A stretch of DNA of 64,000 bases from Spirochaetia bacterium (GCA_963675665.1 OY776510.1:2208001-2272000); one strand, 5' to 3'; counted from the stretch's first letter, positions 8,746 to 19,421 are shown. Made by a program: numbers and translations. Notes: generated by a model not told the origin, from the letters alone.

Positions 8746-9726
8746 ATGAGAGAAATTACATATGCACAGGCGTTAAACGAAGCGATGAGCGAAGAAATGC
8801 GCGCCGATAAAAATATAATCTTTATGGGCGAGGACGTCGGAGTTTACGGCGGAGCTTTTGGAGTTTCAAGGGGAATGTTTGAGGAATTCGGTCCGGAAAG
8901 GGTTATGGATACCCCTATTTCCGAACTTGCAATAACGGGATGTGCCGCGGGCGCATCAATGACAGGTCTTATAACAATTGTCGAAATTATGTTCTCGGAT
9001 TTTATGACTCTGGCCATGGAGCAGCTTGTTAATCAGGCGGCGAAAAACAGGTTTCAGTTCGGCGGACAGGGTTCGGTTCCGATGGTCCTAAGGGCACCGG
9101 GCGGATCAGGTACGGGCGCTGCCGAACAGCACAGCCAGAGTCTTGAAGCGTGGGTCGCTCATGTTCCGGGACTGAAGGTAGTTATTCCGTCAACCCCCTA
9201 TGATGCAAAAGGGCTTCTTAAGACTTCAATCCGGGATCCGAACCCTGTAGTCTTTCTTGAGCAGAAGCTTCTTTACAGAACAAAAGGTCCGGTTCCCGAG
9301 ATTGGAGACGATTACACAATACCTCTCGGAAAAGCCGACATTAAACGTGAAGGCAAGGATGTTACCATTATTACCTACGGAAGAATGGTTCCCCGCAGCC
9401 TGAAGGTTGCTGAAGATCTTGCGAAAGAGGGAATTGACATTGAGGTTGTCGATATCAGATCACTTGTACCGCTCGATAAGGAAACCCTGATAAAATCCGC
9501 CAAGAAAACCGGAAAGGTCCTTGTTGTTCATGAAGCATGTCAGACCGGCGGGTTCGGCGGCGAGCTTGTAAGCGTAGTTGTTGATTCGGACGCTTTCTTT
9601 TACCTTGATGCACCGGTCAGGAGACTGGGCGGACTTGATGTTCCTATTCCTTATAATCCGAATCTTGAAGCACAGGTTGTTCCGACTGAAGAAAAGATAA
9701 CAGCTGCTGTCAAAGATCTTCTCTAG
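8746..9726 (+). CDS. acoB: Acetoin/2-oxoacid dehydrogenase E1 beta
   Basis: [31 protein letters not shown] and [18 protein letters not shown]. Confidence 0.85.
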   Translation: MREITYAQALNEAMSEEMRADKNIIFMGEDVGVYGGAFGVSRGMFEEFGPERVMDTPISELAITGCAAGASMTGLITIVEIMFSDFMTLAMEQLVNQAAKNRFQFGGQGSVPMVLRAPGGSGTGAAEQHSQSLEAWVAHVPGLKVVIPSTPYDAKGLLKTSIRDPNPVVFLEQKLLYRTKGPVPEIGDDYTIPLGKADIKREGKDVTIITYGRMVPRSLKVAEDLAKEGIDIEVVDIRSLVPLDKETLIKSAKKTGKVLVVHEACQTGGFGGELVSVVVDSDAFFYLDAPVRRLGGLDVPIPYNPNLEAQVVPTEEKITAAVKDLL

Positions 9727-9735
9727 GAGTATAAA

Positions 9736-11082
9736 ATGGCTGAAAAGATAATAATGCCTAAAACAGGTATGGCGATGGAAGAAGGGGTCATTATCGAATG
9801 GCTTATTAAAGAAGGAGACAAGGTTTCCCAGGGCGATATAGTAGCTGAAATCGAAACGGATAAATCTACCATGGAGCTCGAATCTGACTACAACGGAACC
9901 ATACTTAAGATACTATATCCTGCCGGAACGACTGTTCCGGTAGTAAAAACAATAGCCTGGATAGGCGAGCCCGGCGAAGAGCTGCCCGAAGAGGAAGAAG
10001 CTCCGGCGGCAGCACCTGCAGCTGAAGAAGCCCCTGTAAAAGAGACTTCTGCCGTGCCCGCATCTGCACCGGCTGCCGGTGTTCAGGCCGGAACAACCAA
10101 AGCCGAGTCTGTAGGCAATCGCGTGAAGGCAACCCCTGCAGCCCGCCGCGCGGCAGGAGAAAAAGGTGTTAACCTGGCGGATGTTCAGCCGAGCGGAAAG
10201 CACGGTGAAGTTCGTGAAGGCGATGTGCTGGCGACTCCCGCTGTTTCTGCTACCCCGCTTGCGGCCCGTATCGCAGCCGACCAGAATATATCTCTGTCGG
10301 GTATAGCAGGTTCAGGTTTTGCAGGCAAGGTTTTCAAGGCGGATCTTTCGGCACTGAGCAGTATGTCTGCTGCAGTTGAGGAAGGTTTTGTTCCGAATTA
10401 TGAAGACCAATATGTCAAGCTGACCCAGATTCAGAAGATTACCGGTAAACGCATGCTTCAGAGTCATATCGAAATCCCGGTTGTTACCGAAGATGCTAAA
10501 GCCGATGTAACAGAGCTTCTTGCAGTTCGGAAGAGCCTTAATGAATCGCTTGATGCAAAAATCTCAATTAACGATTTTGTCATGCTTGCGACAGCCCGTA
10601 TGCTCAGGCTTAATCCTAGAATGAATTCACAGCTTGCCGGAGATGATCAGCTTCTCTACAAGGGCAGAATAAACCTTGGAATGGCAGTAGCCACGCCGCG
10701 TGGGCTTCTGGTTCCGGTAATCAATGATGCCGACATGTATTCAATTACAGGTATGGCCGCCGCAACAAAAGAGATGACACTTAAGGGCCGGGATGGTAAA
10801 CTTCAGGCTGATGATATGGAAGGCGGTACGTTTACAGTTTCCAATATTGGAATGTACGGGGTGACTTCTTTTACGCCTATTATAAATCAGCCCCAGGCAG
10901 GGATCCTGGGAGTCTGCGCTATTGAAGATCAGCTGAAGATGATAGACGGCGAGATTGTAAACCGCAAGATTATGGGACTCAGCCTGACATTCGATCACAG
11001 GATAGTAGACGGAGCGGAAGCCGCAATGGCAATCAAGACTGTCAAGGATTTTCTTGAATCGCCGTTGACAATTCTTGCGTAA
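9736..11082 (+). CDS. acoC: Dihydrolipoamide acyltransferase E2 (one lipoyl domain, two subunit-binding domains)
   Basis: ETDKS lipoyl lysine, Ala/Pro/Glu linker, two ATP.A.R subunit-binding repeats, and the catalytic DHRIVDGA motif. Confidence 0.85.
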   Translation: MAEKIIMPKTGMAMEEGVIIEWLIKEGDKVSQGDIVAEIETDKSTMELESDYNGTILKILYPAGTTVPVVKTIAWIGEPGEELPEEEEAPAAAPAAEEAPVKETSAVPASAPAAGVQAGTTKAESVGNRVKATPAARRAAGEKGVNLADVQPSGKHGEVREGDVLATPAVSATPLAARIAADQNISLSGIAGSGFAGKVFKADLSALSSMSAAVEEGFVPNYEDQYVKLTQIQKITGKRMLQSHIEIPVVTEDAKADVTELLAVRKSLNESLDAKISINDFVMLATARMLRLNPRMNSQLAGDDQLLYKGRINLGMAVATPRGLLVPVINDADMYSITGMAAATKEMTLKGRDGKLQADDMEGGTFTVSNIGMYGVTSFTPIINQPQAGILGVCAIEDQLKMIDGEIVNRKIMGLSLTFDHRIVDGAEAAMAIKTVKDFLESPLTILA

Positions 11083-11095
11083 AACGGAGAAAAAA

Positions 11096-12529
11096 ATGGC
11101 TGAAAATAAATATGACGTAATCGTAATCGGCGGCGGTCCCGCCGGTTATGTTGCGGCCATCAAGGCCGCCCAGGTCGGCGCAAAAACCGCCTGTGTTGAG
11201 AAAGATATCCTCGGCGGAACATGTCTTAACCGGGGATGTATCCCCACAAAGAACTTTCTGAAAAGCGCCGACTTCCTTTACGAAATGGAAGAAGCAGCTT
11301 CGCGCGGAATAAAACTCGAATCGGATAAATTTACTATCGATATGCCGGCGGTTGTAAAAGCCAAGGACAAGGTAGTTAAAAAACTTACCGGTGGAGTCGG
11401 CACGCTGCTTAAGGCTAATAAAGTTGATGTATTTTACGGAAAAGGAATTGCCCGGTCAGCTACTGTTATACAGGTAAGTGGAGGAAAATCAGGCGATTTG
11501 ACCCTTAATACAGGTGCGATCATTCTTGCCGGCGGTTCAAAAGCTGTTAAGCTGCCCATCCCCGGCGTTGAAAGCGAAAGGGTCCTGACAAGCGATGAAA
11601 TACTAGATATTCAGGAAGTGCCGTCCGCACTTGCGATAATCGGCGGCGGTGTAATCGGTGTTGAGATGGCCATGGTTTTTGCGGCCTTCGGCAGCAAGGT
11701 TACCATTGTGGAACTTGAACCGGCCATTTTACCCTTTATGGAAAAGGAAGCCTCGGACCTTGTTCTTAAATCGCTTAAAAAGAAGGGTGTTGACGTAAAA
11801 ACGGGCATAAAACTTGAAAAGTTCGAAGAAACCGAGAGCGGTATAAAGCTGGTGCTCGGAAACGGTGAAACAGTTGAAGCTGACAAGGCCCTTCTTTCAA
11901 TCGGACGGAGTGCTGATTTGAGCTGTGCTGAAGGATTGAACATCAAGACCGAACGGGGAAAGATTGTTGTCAATGACGAAATGGAAACCTCGGTCAAAGG
12001 AATTTTTGCTCCAGGGGATGTTAACGGTCTGAAAATGCTGGCGCATGCCGCATTTAAAATGGGTGAAGCCGCTGCCGTGAACGCCGCCAAATATGCCGGA
12101 GTAAGTTCTGAAGAGGTAAACGGGCACGCGCCTGTAAAGGCCGATTTGCGTTATGTTCCTGCAGTTGTTTATTCTGTGCCTGAGGTAGCAAGCGTCGGAC
12201 TTTCTGAAGCAGCTGCGGCAGAAAAGGGTCCGATCGCCGTAGGTAATTTCCCTCTTGCGGCAAACGGAAGAGCGCTGGCGGCAGGGGCCCCCGAAGGATT
12301 CGTCAAGGTTATTATAGATTCCAAATACGGGGAGATTCTAGGCGTCCATATTGTAGGGCACGGGGCTTCTGAAATAATCAATGAAGCAGCCGCGCTCATG
12401 GCCATGGAAATTACAGCCCATGAAGTTGCAGAGATTATGCACGGACATCCGACGGTCTCGGAGGCTTTTATGGAAGCCGCCGCCGATGCTCTTGGTAAAT
12501 GTATACATTTGCCCCCAAAAGCAAAATAA
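11096..12529 (+). CDS. lpdA: Dihydrolipoamide dehydrogenase E3
   Basis: GGGPAGY, GGTCLNRGCIP, IIGGGVIG and HPTVSE. The GGAG SD favours ATG 11096. Confidence 0.93.
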   Translation: MAENKYDVIVIGGGPAGYVAAIKAAQVGAKTACVEKDILGGTCLNRGCIPTKNFLKSADFLYEMEEAASRGIKLESDKFTIDMPAVVKAKDKVVKKLTGGVGTLLKANKVDVFYGKGIARSATVIQVSGGKSGDLTLNTGAIILAGGSKAVKLPIPGVESERVLTSDEILDIQEVPSALAIIGGGVIGVEMAMVFAAFGSKVTIVELEPAILPFMEKEASDLVLKSLKKKGVDVKTGIKLEKFEETESGIKLVLGNGETVEADKALLSIGRSADLSCAEGLNIKTERGKIVVNDEMETSVKGIFAPGDVNGLKMLAHAAFKMGEAAAVNAAKYAGVSSEEVNGHAPVKADLRYVPAVVYSVPEVASVGLSEAAAAEKGPIAVGNFPLAANGRALAAGAPEGFVKVIIDSKYGEILGVHIVGHGASEIINEAAALMAMEITAHEVAEIMHGHPTVSEAFMEAAADALGKCIHLPPKAK

Positions 12530-12611
12530 AATCTTCGATTTTTATTTTGCTTACAGGAGCTTTTTTGACTGAAGACTGCCAAAAATCTCCATAAAAAATG
12601 AAGGACGAAAT

Positions 12612-13547
12612 ATGAGCAGAAGCCAGGATTTTATGGTGGAAATCGCCAGACGATACTATATAGATGAAATTTCACAGCAGGAAATTGCCAGAGAATATAA
12701 TCTGTCCCGGCCGACTGTTTCAAATATTTTAAAGCAATGCCGCGAAGAGGGTATAGTTGAGATCCGTATTCGCGAGAGTTCGGCCTTTTCTCGTGGATTG
12801 AGCAACCGCCTGCGCGATCGGTTCGGAATTCGAGATGTAATAATTGTTCCTTCCACAGAAGACCCTTCGGCGGCATTGAGCAGGGTCGGAGCCGAATCGG
12901 CAGCATTCGCTTCAGATGTGATAAAGGATGGTATGAAGGTCGGTATCGCATGGGGTACAACGCTGTTCCAGATGGTGCATCAGATGAAGCATCTGAACGT
13001 AGTCGATACCGAGGTTGTACAGCTTATGGGCGGTCTGGGCGCGTCCAATCCCCAGTATGACGGGGCCGATCTGGCGCGTGAACTGTCCAAGCTGCTGAAT
13101 GCCCGTTATTACCCGCTGCAATGCCCGGTGCTTGTAAAGAATACCGAGGTAAAGGAAATGCTGGTCTCAGAAAACGGTATACGCGAAACATTGCAGCGTA
13201 CAGGAAATCTCGATATAGCGTTTGTCGGGTTGTCATCAAATGATCCCGATAAATCGGCCCTTGTAAAAGCCGGATTTCTGACTTATGAAGAGGCTGAAGA
13301 AACCCTGCGCGCCGGGGCCGTAGGTCATATTTGCGGTTACAGTTACGGGGAAGAAGGTAAAATGCTGCCGCTGCCGGTTAACCACAGGATTATAGGAATT
13401 GAATTTGAGAATCTGAAAAAGATTCCCGAGCGTGTAGGAATTGCATGCGGCTCGGAAAAGGCGGATGCAATCAAGGCTGCCATGACAGGCGGGCTGATAA
13501 CCACCCTTATTACCGACGAATCGGCGGCATTGAGAATACTTAGCTGA
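12612..13547 (+). CDS. SorC/DeoR/LsrR-type sugar-binding transcriptional regulator
   Basis: ARRYY...SQQEIA...SRPTVS HTH, GIAWGTT, GAVGHICG and LITDE. Confidence 0.9.
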   Translation: MSRSQDFMVEIARRYYIDEISQQEIAREYNLSRPTVSNILKQCREEGIVEIRIRESSAFSRGLSNRLRDRFGIRDVIIVPSTEDPSAALSRVGAESAAFASDVIKDGMKVGIAWGTTLFQMVHQMKHLNVVDTEVVQLMGGLGASNPQYDGADLARELSKLLNARYYPLQCPVLVKNTEVKEMLVSENGIRETLQRTGNLDIAFVGLSSNDPDKSALVKAGFLTYEEAEETLRAGAVGHICGYSYGEEGKMLPLPVNHRIIGIEFENLKKIPERVGIACGSEKADAIKAAMTGGLITTLITDESAALRILS

Positions 13548-13578
13548 TTATTCATTCTACTTGCATTGTTTTACAAAT

Positions 13579-13606
13579 GGTAATATCCTTTATATAAATT
13601 ATTACC
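13579..13606. promoter_or_regulatory. Inverted repeat upstream of the island regulator (candidate autoregulatory operator)
   Basis: GGTAATA-N14-TATTACC resembles CGGTATA-N10-TATACCG at 14980-15003. Confidence 0.35.
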
Positions 13607-13624
13607 GAAAACGAGGAAAAATAT

Positions 13625-14929
13625 TTGTTAAGATTAGGACTAATCGCTCCTGAATGGTCTCTGGAACGAATCCTTTCAGTTTCAGCTGAATATAAAGATA
13701 ATATCAAATTCTCAACTTTTAAATTTAACAGCATTAAAGAAATTCCCAAAATCATCGAAGCTGAAAAAGGTCATATCCATAGATGGCTTTTTTCAGGCCC
13801 GCTGCCATATTATATTTCAAAATATTACCTGCACAAAGATGAGGATCTTTTTTATTGCAGAATAACCGAGGCGGGACTTATGAAAAGTCTCCTTGAGGTT
13901 GCTTACGATCATAAAAGTTTTCTTCAGAAAATATCTCTTGATTTTATGGAAGAGATTGCTGATATGAATATGATCATCAGTGAGATAAACATACCTCGCA
14001 GTGATGTATTTATCTCATGTTACTCAGTCCCATTGGAAGAAGATGAGATATTTGAATTCCATTTTAAATTATGGAAAGATAAAAAAACCTGTTGTGCAAT
14101 TACAACGATACCTTCAGTTTATAATAGGTTAAAAGAATCGGGAGTTCCGGTTTATAATATTAAAGTTTCCAGTATGGAAATAAGACTGACAATAGAATTG
14201 TTGTTGGAAAAAGAGCGAAGCATGTATTTTAAAAATACACAGCTCGGGCTTTTAGCAATTGAGATTTCCAACTACGAATCTGTTGCTGAAAAGGCTATGA
14301 CGCCGTACAAGATGCAGCTTTTGGAATTAAAAATAAATAATCTGCTTTTGAATTATTGTGAACAAATAGACGGTTATATGGTTCCCAAGGGAAACGGCCG
14401 ATATGAGATCTTTGGCTCACGAGGTAAAATTGAAAGTAATATTCCATTGCTGAGTGCTGATATGGATAAAATCTCGGTTATCATTGAAGCAAAACTTGTT
14501 GCCGGTATCGGATTCGGTGATACTGTCTTCATCGCTCAGATAAATTCAAATAAGGCTTTAAATCTAGCAAGGAAGAAAAGCGGAATAATTATTCTTGACG
14601 GAGACGGCAATGTAATAGAGCAGGCGAATGCAAACGACAGAATATCATACAGCATCAGTTCTGACAATGCCGAGTTAAATAGATTGCTTCAAATTGCCAA
14701 TGTGGGTATCCGAACCTATAGAAAGATGTCAGCCTTGTCGGAGCATTTCGACGGAAACAGTTTTTCGGCACTGACGATAGCGCAGCATATGGGAGTTACT
14801 GATCGAAATCTTAGAAGAATAATCTCAGGGCTTTTAAAAGCAGGTTTGATTGTATGTGTAGGTGAGGAATCATCAGGAGAAAGGGGCCGGCCTGCGAAAA
14901 TATATAAGTTTTCGAATATTAGCAAATAA
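13625..14929 (+). CDS. Putative transcriptional regulator with a C-terminal winged HTH
   Basis: TTG start after GAGG. LFSGPLPY and GIGFG motifs; C-terminal IAQHMGVTDRNLRRIISGL...GERGRPAKIY wHTH. Confidence 0.7.
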   Translation: MLRLGLIAPEWSLERILSVSAEYKDNIKFSTFKFNSIKEIPKIIEAEKGHIHRWLFSGPLPYYISKYYLHKDEDLFYCRITEAGLMKSLLEVAYDHKSFLQKISLDFMEEIADMNMIISEINIPRSDVFISCYSVPLEEDEIFEFHFKLWKDKKTCCAITTIPSVYNRLKESGVPVYNIKVSSMEIRLTIELLLEKERSMYFKNTQLGLLAIEISNYESVAEKAMTPYKMQLLELKINNLLLNYCEQIDGYMVPKGNGRYEIFGSRGKIESNIPLLSADMDKISVIIEAKLVAGIGFGDTVFIAQINSNKALNLARKKSGIIILDGDGNVIEQANANDRISYSISSDNAELNRLLQIANVGIRTYRKMSALSEHFDGNSFSALTIAQHMGVTDRNLRRIISGLLKAGLIVCVGEESSGERGRPAKIYKFSNISK

Positions 14930-14944
14930 TTTAAAAGAAAAAGA

Positions 14945-15003
14945 TTGCGTATTTTTATTGGTTGTGTTATATTTAATTACGGTATAAATAAGGAAATATA
15001 CCG
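14945..15003 (+). promoter_or_regulatory. Sigma70-like promoter with a downstream inverted-repeat operator
   Basis: TTGCGT, 17 nt, TATATT with an extended TG, followed by CGGTATA-N10-TATACCG. Confidence 0.55.
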
Positions 15004-15025
15004 ATAAAAAATAAAGGAATTTGCA

Positions 15026-15517
15026 ATGGAAAATATAAATGATGTTCCAATGATTTTAAGGAGACAAATAGAAGCTTCCGTAATTGGACCTTTTTTTTCC
15101 AAATACTCAAAGGAGTTGGGATACGAGAATAATTGCGAAATTACAAAAGAGGTAATTTCAGGTCTTGCGAAAGAAGCCGGGGCTTCCCTTGCAAAAGCTG
15201 TTGGATTTAAAACACTGCTTGATATCAAGGAAAAAGTTAATCCACTTTTCAATAAAGGGGGAGTGCTGGAAATAAACTATAAAGAATGCTCCAAAGAAAA
15301 ATTGGTATTTGATGTAACAAAATGTGCATATGTAGAGATGTATAAAAAGCTCGGAATGGAAGATCTGGGATATCAATTATCCTGTCAGCGAGATGAATTT
15401 CTTTTTAAAGGAATGAATAGTAATATCAAATTTACCCGAACACAAACTTTAATGGAAGGCGGTAAATGTTGTGACTTCTGTCTTGAACTTGATAAAGAGA
15501 GCTTAGATGAGAATTAA
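15026..15517 (+). CDS. L-2-aminothiazoline-4-carboxylate (ATC) hydrolase family protein
   Basis: FDVTKCAYVEMYKKLG..DLGY.LSC.RD and FTRTQTLMEGGKCCDF signatures. Confidence 0.85.
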   Translation: MENINDVPMILRRQIEASVIGPFFSKYSKELGYENNCEITKEVISGLAKEAGASLAKAVGFKTLLDIKEKVNPLFNKGGVLEINYKECSKEKLVFDVTKCAYVEMYKKLGMEDLGYQLSCQRDEFLFKGMNSNIKFTRTQTLMEGGKCCDFCLELDKESLDEN

Positions 15518-16832
15518 TGACTGGTTCAACAGGAATTCTCATGAGCTTGTACGGCTTAGTGATGCAATCTGGGGTTATGCAGAGACAGCGCTGAATGAAA
15601 GAAAATCATCTAAATTGCTTTCGGACTTTCTTGAACAGCAGGGCTTCTCTGTAGACAGGAACATTTCAGGTCTGCAGACAGCTTTTCGCGCCGTATGGGG
15701 CAAGGGTGAACCTTCGATTGCTTTTTTGGGGGAATATGATGCTCTTTCGGGGTTAAGCCAGAAACCGCTTCCATATATTGAAAAAAACAATTCGTCCGAA
15801 AACGGTCATGGCTGCGGTCATAATCTCTTGGGAGTGGGAACTCTTGGCGCTGCTCTTGCGTTGAAGCATGTAATAGAACAGGAAAATATTGAAGGTTCTG
15901 TTTTTTTTTATGGGTGCCCTGCAGAAGAGACAATGACTGGAAAAATTCTTATGGAAGCTGACGGGGTTTTTGATGATCTTGATTTGGCGTTGTCCTGGCA
16001 TCCATCAACTGAAAACAGAGTAATGGAAAATGATTTTCTTGCAATGAAGACCCTTAGATATACATTCAACGGAATATCTGCCCATGCCGCTGCGTCTCCT
16101 GAAAAAGGACGCTCCGCTCTTGATGCTGTTGAGTTAATGAACGTCGGTGTTAATTATTTGAGAGAGCATGTCCCCGATGATGTAAGGATACATTATTCAA
16201 TAACCGACGGAGGAACTGAACCAAATATTGTTCCTCCTTTGGCAAAATCTCTTTACTATATCAGGGCTTTAAAATGGAAAACTGTAGAAGAAGTAGTGTA
16301 TAGAATTAATAAAATTGCAGAAGGTGCTGCTCTTATGACTGAAACAGACAATCAGATCGAGCAATTAACCGACTGCAGGCAGTTCATACATAATTCCTGC
16401 CTGGAAAGATTACTGCATGATTGTATGCTTGAGACTCCTGCACAGCGATGGTCCAGTGAGGATATCGATTTTGGAAAAAGAATTGGAAAAACATTGGATA
16501 AGAATAATTTGTTTGGAAATAAAGAGAAAGGTTTTCTTGATAATAAAGTTTATCCGTTGAGTGAAAACCGTCCTGTTTATTTTGCATCTACGGATGTGGC
16601 GAACGTGAGCTGGAAGGTTCCTACAGGGCAAATATGGACGAGTTGTGTTCCATTTGGTGTTCCGGCTCATACATGGCAATTTACTTCAAGTGTAGGTATG
16701 TCTATCGGTCACCGGGGAATGCTTTATGCCGCGGAAGTTCTGGCAAGGGTTTCGACAAGATTTATCGGGGATAAAAATCTTCAGGAACAGATTAAAAATG
16801 AGTTTTATAAGAAATTGAAAAAGCAGGGGTAA
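15507..16832 (+). CDS. M20 amidohydrolase, AbgB-like
   Basis: GEYDAL, GHGCGHN, GCPAEE, SWHP, GRSALDAVELMN and STDV. Confidence 0.88.
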   Translation: MRINDWFNRNSHELVRLSDAIWGYAETALNERKSSKLLSDFLEQQGFSVDRNISGLQTAFRAVWGKGEPSIAFLGEYDALSGLSQKPLPYIEKNNSSENGHGCGHNLLGVGTLGAALALKHVIEQENIEGSVFFYGCPAEETMTGKILMEADGVFDDLDLALSWHPSTENRVMENDFLAMKTLRYTFNGISAHAAASPEKGRSALDAVELMNVGVNYLREHVPDDVRIHYSITDGGTEPNIVPPLAKSLYYIRALKWKTVEEVVYRINKIAEGAALMTETDNQIEQLTDCRQFIHNSCLERLLHDCMLETPAQRWSSEDIDFGKRIGKTLDKNNLFGNKEKGFLDNKVYPLSENRPVYFASTDVANVSWKVPTGQIWTSCVPFGVPAHTWQFTSSVGMSIGHRGMLYAAEVLARVSTRFIGDKNLQEQIKNEFYKKLKKQG

Positions 16833-16839
16833 TCCGAAT

Positions 16840-18123
16840 ATGAATACTAATGAATATAAGAAAATTATGTCCATGCTGTCGACAGAACTGGTTCCGGCAA
16901 CAGGATGTACGGAGCCCGGTGCAATTGCATATTGTGCTGCACGGGTTCGGGATTTATTGGGCGAAATACCTGAGAAAATTTATATTGATGTCAGCAGTAA
17001 TATTTTAAAGAATGCAAAAAGCGTCAGTGTTCCTGCAACCGGAGGTTTAAAAGGCATACAGGCTGCTGTTGCTGCCGGGATAGTCGCAGGTGATGCTTCA
17101 AAAGAGATGGATGTTATTGCGAATGTTCCTTCTGAAAAGATCAAAAAAATTCACGAGTATCTTGCTAAAGCAGATATTGAATTATCTATCCTTGAATCGG
17201 AATCAACATTGGAAATAAAAATAATCGGAATAATTAGAGAGCAAACTGCGATTGTGCATATTGTAGATCAGCATAACAACATAGTTTTTATGAAAAAAAA
17301 TGATGATATTTTATTGGACAATCTTTCCGGCAAAACTACACAGATAGGTGAGGAAGGGCGCTCGGATTTATCTTTGAAAGAAATTCTGGATTTTTCTGAT
17401 AATGTCCAATTGGAAGAAATCGAGAACATATTCAAGAAACAGATTTTATGCAATACAGCAATTGCTGAAGAAGGATTGTCAAATAAGTGGGGTGCCGGGA
17501 TAGGAAGACTGCTTCTCGACTCAAATGAAAACAATATCGAAGTTGAAGCCAAAGCATATGCGGCTGCGGGCTCCGATGCAAGGATGAGCGGCTGTGATCT
17601 TCCAGTCATTATTATTTCAGGATCAGGTAATCAAGGGCTGACTGCTTCACTTCCTGTCATTCGGTATGCAAAACATTTCAGAATACAGAAGGAAAAATTA
17701 TATCGGGCCCTGGCTGTTTCTGCTCTGGTTACATTACAGCAAAAAACCAGAATAGGAAGATTATCCGCTTATTGCGGAGCTGTAAGTGCAGGAGTCGCCG
17801 CCGGAGCAGGTATTGCATATATGCTTGACGGTTCTTTTAAGGCTGTATCGCAGACAATTAATAATGCGATTGCAATAATTTCCGGGACACTGTGTGATGG
17901 TGCAAAACCATCGTGTGCGGCGAAAATAGCTTCATCAGTAGAAGCGGGAATACTTGGTTTCAATATGTATCGAAACGGCAAAGGTTTTCAGGACGGCGAA
18001 GGTATTGTAATGCGGGATGTAGATAGCACGATTGATAATATAGGGATTATCGCAAGTATGGGGATGAAGCAGACAGATAAAATGATTATTTCCTTGATGA
18101 TACAGGATGAAAAGGTTTCTTGA
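16840..18123 (+). CDS. L-cysteine desulfidase family (CyuA/YhaM/CdsB, UPF0597)
   Basis: PATGCTEP, AGSDARMSG, GSGNQG, GRLSAYCG and CDGAKPSCAAK. Confidence 0.85.
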   Translation: MNTNEYKKIMSMLSTELVPATGCTEPGAIAYCAARVRDLLGEIPEKIYIDVSSNILKNAKSVSVPATGGLKGIQAAVAAGIVAGDASKEMDVIANVPSEKIKKIHEYLAKADIELSILESESTLEIKIIGIIREQTAIVHIVDQHNNIVFMKKNDDILLDNLSGKTTQIGEEGRSDLSLKEILDFSDNVQLEEIENIFKKQILCNTAIAEEGLSNKWGAGIGRLLLDSNENNIEVEAKAYAAAGSDARMSGCDLPVIIISGSGNQGLTASLPVIRYAKHFRIQKEKLYRALAVSALVTLQQKTRIGRLSAYCGAVSAGVAAGAGIAYMLDGSFKAVSQTINNAIAIISGTLCDGAKPSCAAKIASSVEAGILGFNMYRNGKGFQDGEGIVMRDVDSTIDNIGIIASMGMKQTDKMIISLMIQDEKVS

Positions 18124-18159
18124 TTGTTAATAAGAAATTTTTATACATAGGAGAGTTTT

Positions 18160-19401
18160 ATGGTTAATTTTGAGAAAGGTGTTGGAACAAAGAATTTATT
18201 CAGAGACTTTAAAAAAGATGTGTCATTTAAATCCGTTACAAACGGACTTGTAGCTACAATTTTTATGATGACGTTTCTTGTGTTCTTTTGGGCTGTGCTT
18301 CCCAAATACGGTTTGGATTCATCATTGATGGACGGCTGGATTACCGGTTGTATGATGATAATGGGAATAGGAACTATTTTTCTGTCGGCTTATTATCGCA
18401 AACCTATTGGTCTGGCAGGTTCATTTGCAGGTTGGCTGTGTGCTCTGAATGCTTCAACTATATATACTCAGCCGGAAGTGTTTGCGGGCTGCCTTATGTC
18501 CGGTGTTATTCTGACTATTCTGGCATTCAGTGGGTTGATGAAGAAAGTCTTAAAGTTTCTCCCGACCCCGGTAGTAATGGGAATGATTGCGGGTTGTTTT
18601 CTCAATTACGGGCTTTATATTGTTAATCCGTTATCAGAAGAACCTTTTGTTGTGATTCTGATGATTTTGGCATATCTGGTTACCTCGAAATTCTCGAGGA
18701 GAATCCCCGGAGTTCTTTCAGCATTGATCATTGCAATTGTCTATTATGCTGCTTCAGGACTGGATTTCCCTCCAGTAGAAATAACGGCAAGATTGCCGAA
18801 TTTTGTGATGCCGGCATTTACGGCGAATTTTCCGAAAATTTTTATATCTCTTACCATACCACTAACGGCATTGGTTCTGGGAGCGGAGAATTCCCAGGCA
18901 TATGGTGTTTTGGAAACTGAGGAATATAATCCGCCGGTAAATTCAATGACCCTTGTTTCAGGTATAGGAGGTATACTTTCTGCTCTTCTTGGATCAATAA
19001 ACACAAACATTGCCGGGCCTTTAACAGCTATATGTGCATCACCTGATTCAGGGAAAAAAGAGGGACGTTGGACAGCCGTAATAGTATTGGGGATTTGCCA
19101 GCTTATATTAGCTCCTTTTTATGCGAGTCTTGTTGGTTTGATAGTTAGCTTTCCAAATACATTTGTTTATCTGGTTACAGGTTTATCAGTTTTGGGTGTT
19201 CTTGTTTCCGCTTTGATGGGAGCTTTTAAGACTAATAGTCATCGAATAAGTGGGGTTTTCGCTTTTTTAATTGCGGCATCCGGTATTAAAATGATGGGCC
19301 TTAGCGCTGCTTTCTGGGCTCTTCTTATTGGAGACCTTATCTATATCTTTTATGAGAATGGATTGAAGAAAAAAGAAAAAGAGGCGGCCTTAACTGTTTG
19401 A
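18160..19401 (+). CDS. BenE-family (benzoate/H+ symporter-like) transporter
   Basis: About 12 hydrophobic segments; YRKPI, PVVMGMIAG, TAICASPD and AFLIAASGI.M.GLSAAFWAL. Confidence 0.75.
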   Translation: MVNFEKGVGTKNLFRDFKKDVSFKSVTNGLVATIFMMTFLVFFWAVLPKYGLDSSLMDGWITGCMMIMGIGTIFLSAYYRKPIGLAGSFAGWLCALNASTIYTQPEVFAGCLMSGVILTILAFSGLMKKVLKFLPTPVVMGMIAGCFLNYGLYIVNPLSEEPFVVILMILAYLVTSKFSRRIPGVLSALIIAIVYYAASGLDFPPVEITARLPNFVMPAFTANFPKIFISLTIPLTALVLGAENSQAYGVLETEEYNPPVNSMTLVSGIGGILSALLGSINTNIAGPLTAICASPDSGKKEGRWTAVIVLGICQLILAPFYASLVGLIVSFPNTFVYLVTGLSVLGVLVSALMGAFKTNSHRISGVFAFLIAASGIKMMGLSAAFWALLIGDLIYIFYENGLKKKEKEAALTV

Positions 19402-19421
19402 TAGGCTAAACATATATTAAT

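Noticed and set aside
9975-10110. Ala/Pro/Glu-rich low-complexity stretch
   Set aside because: This is the normal flexible linker of E2 subunits, not a repeat element.
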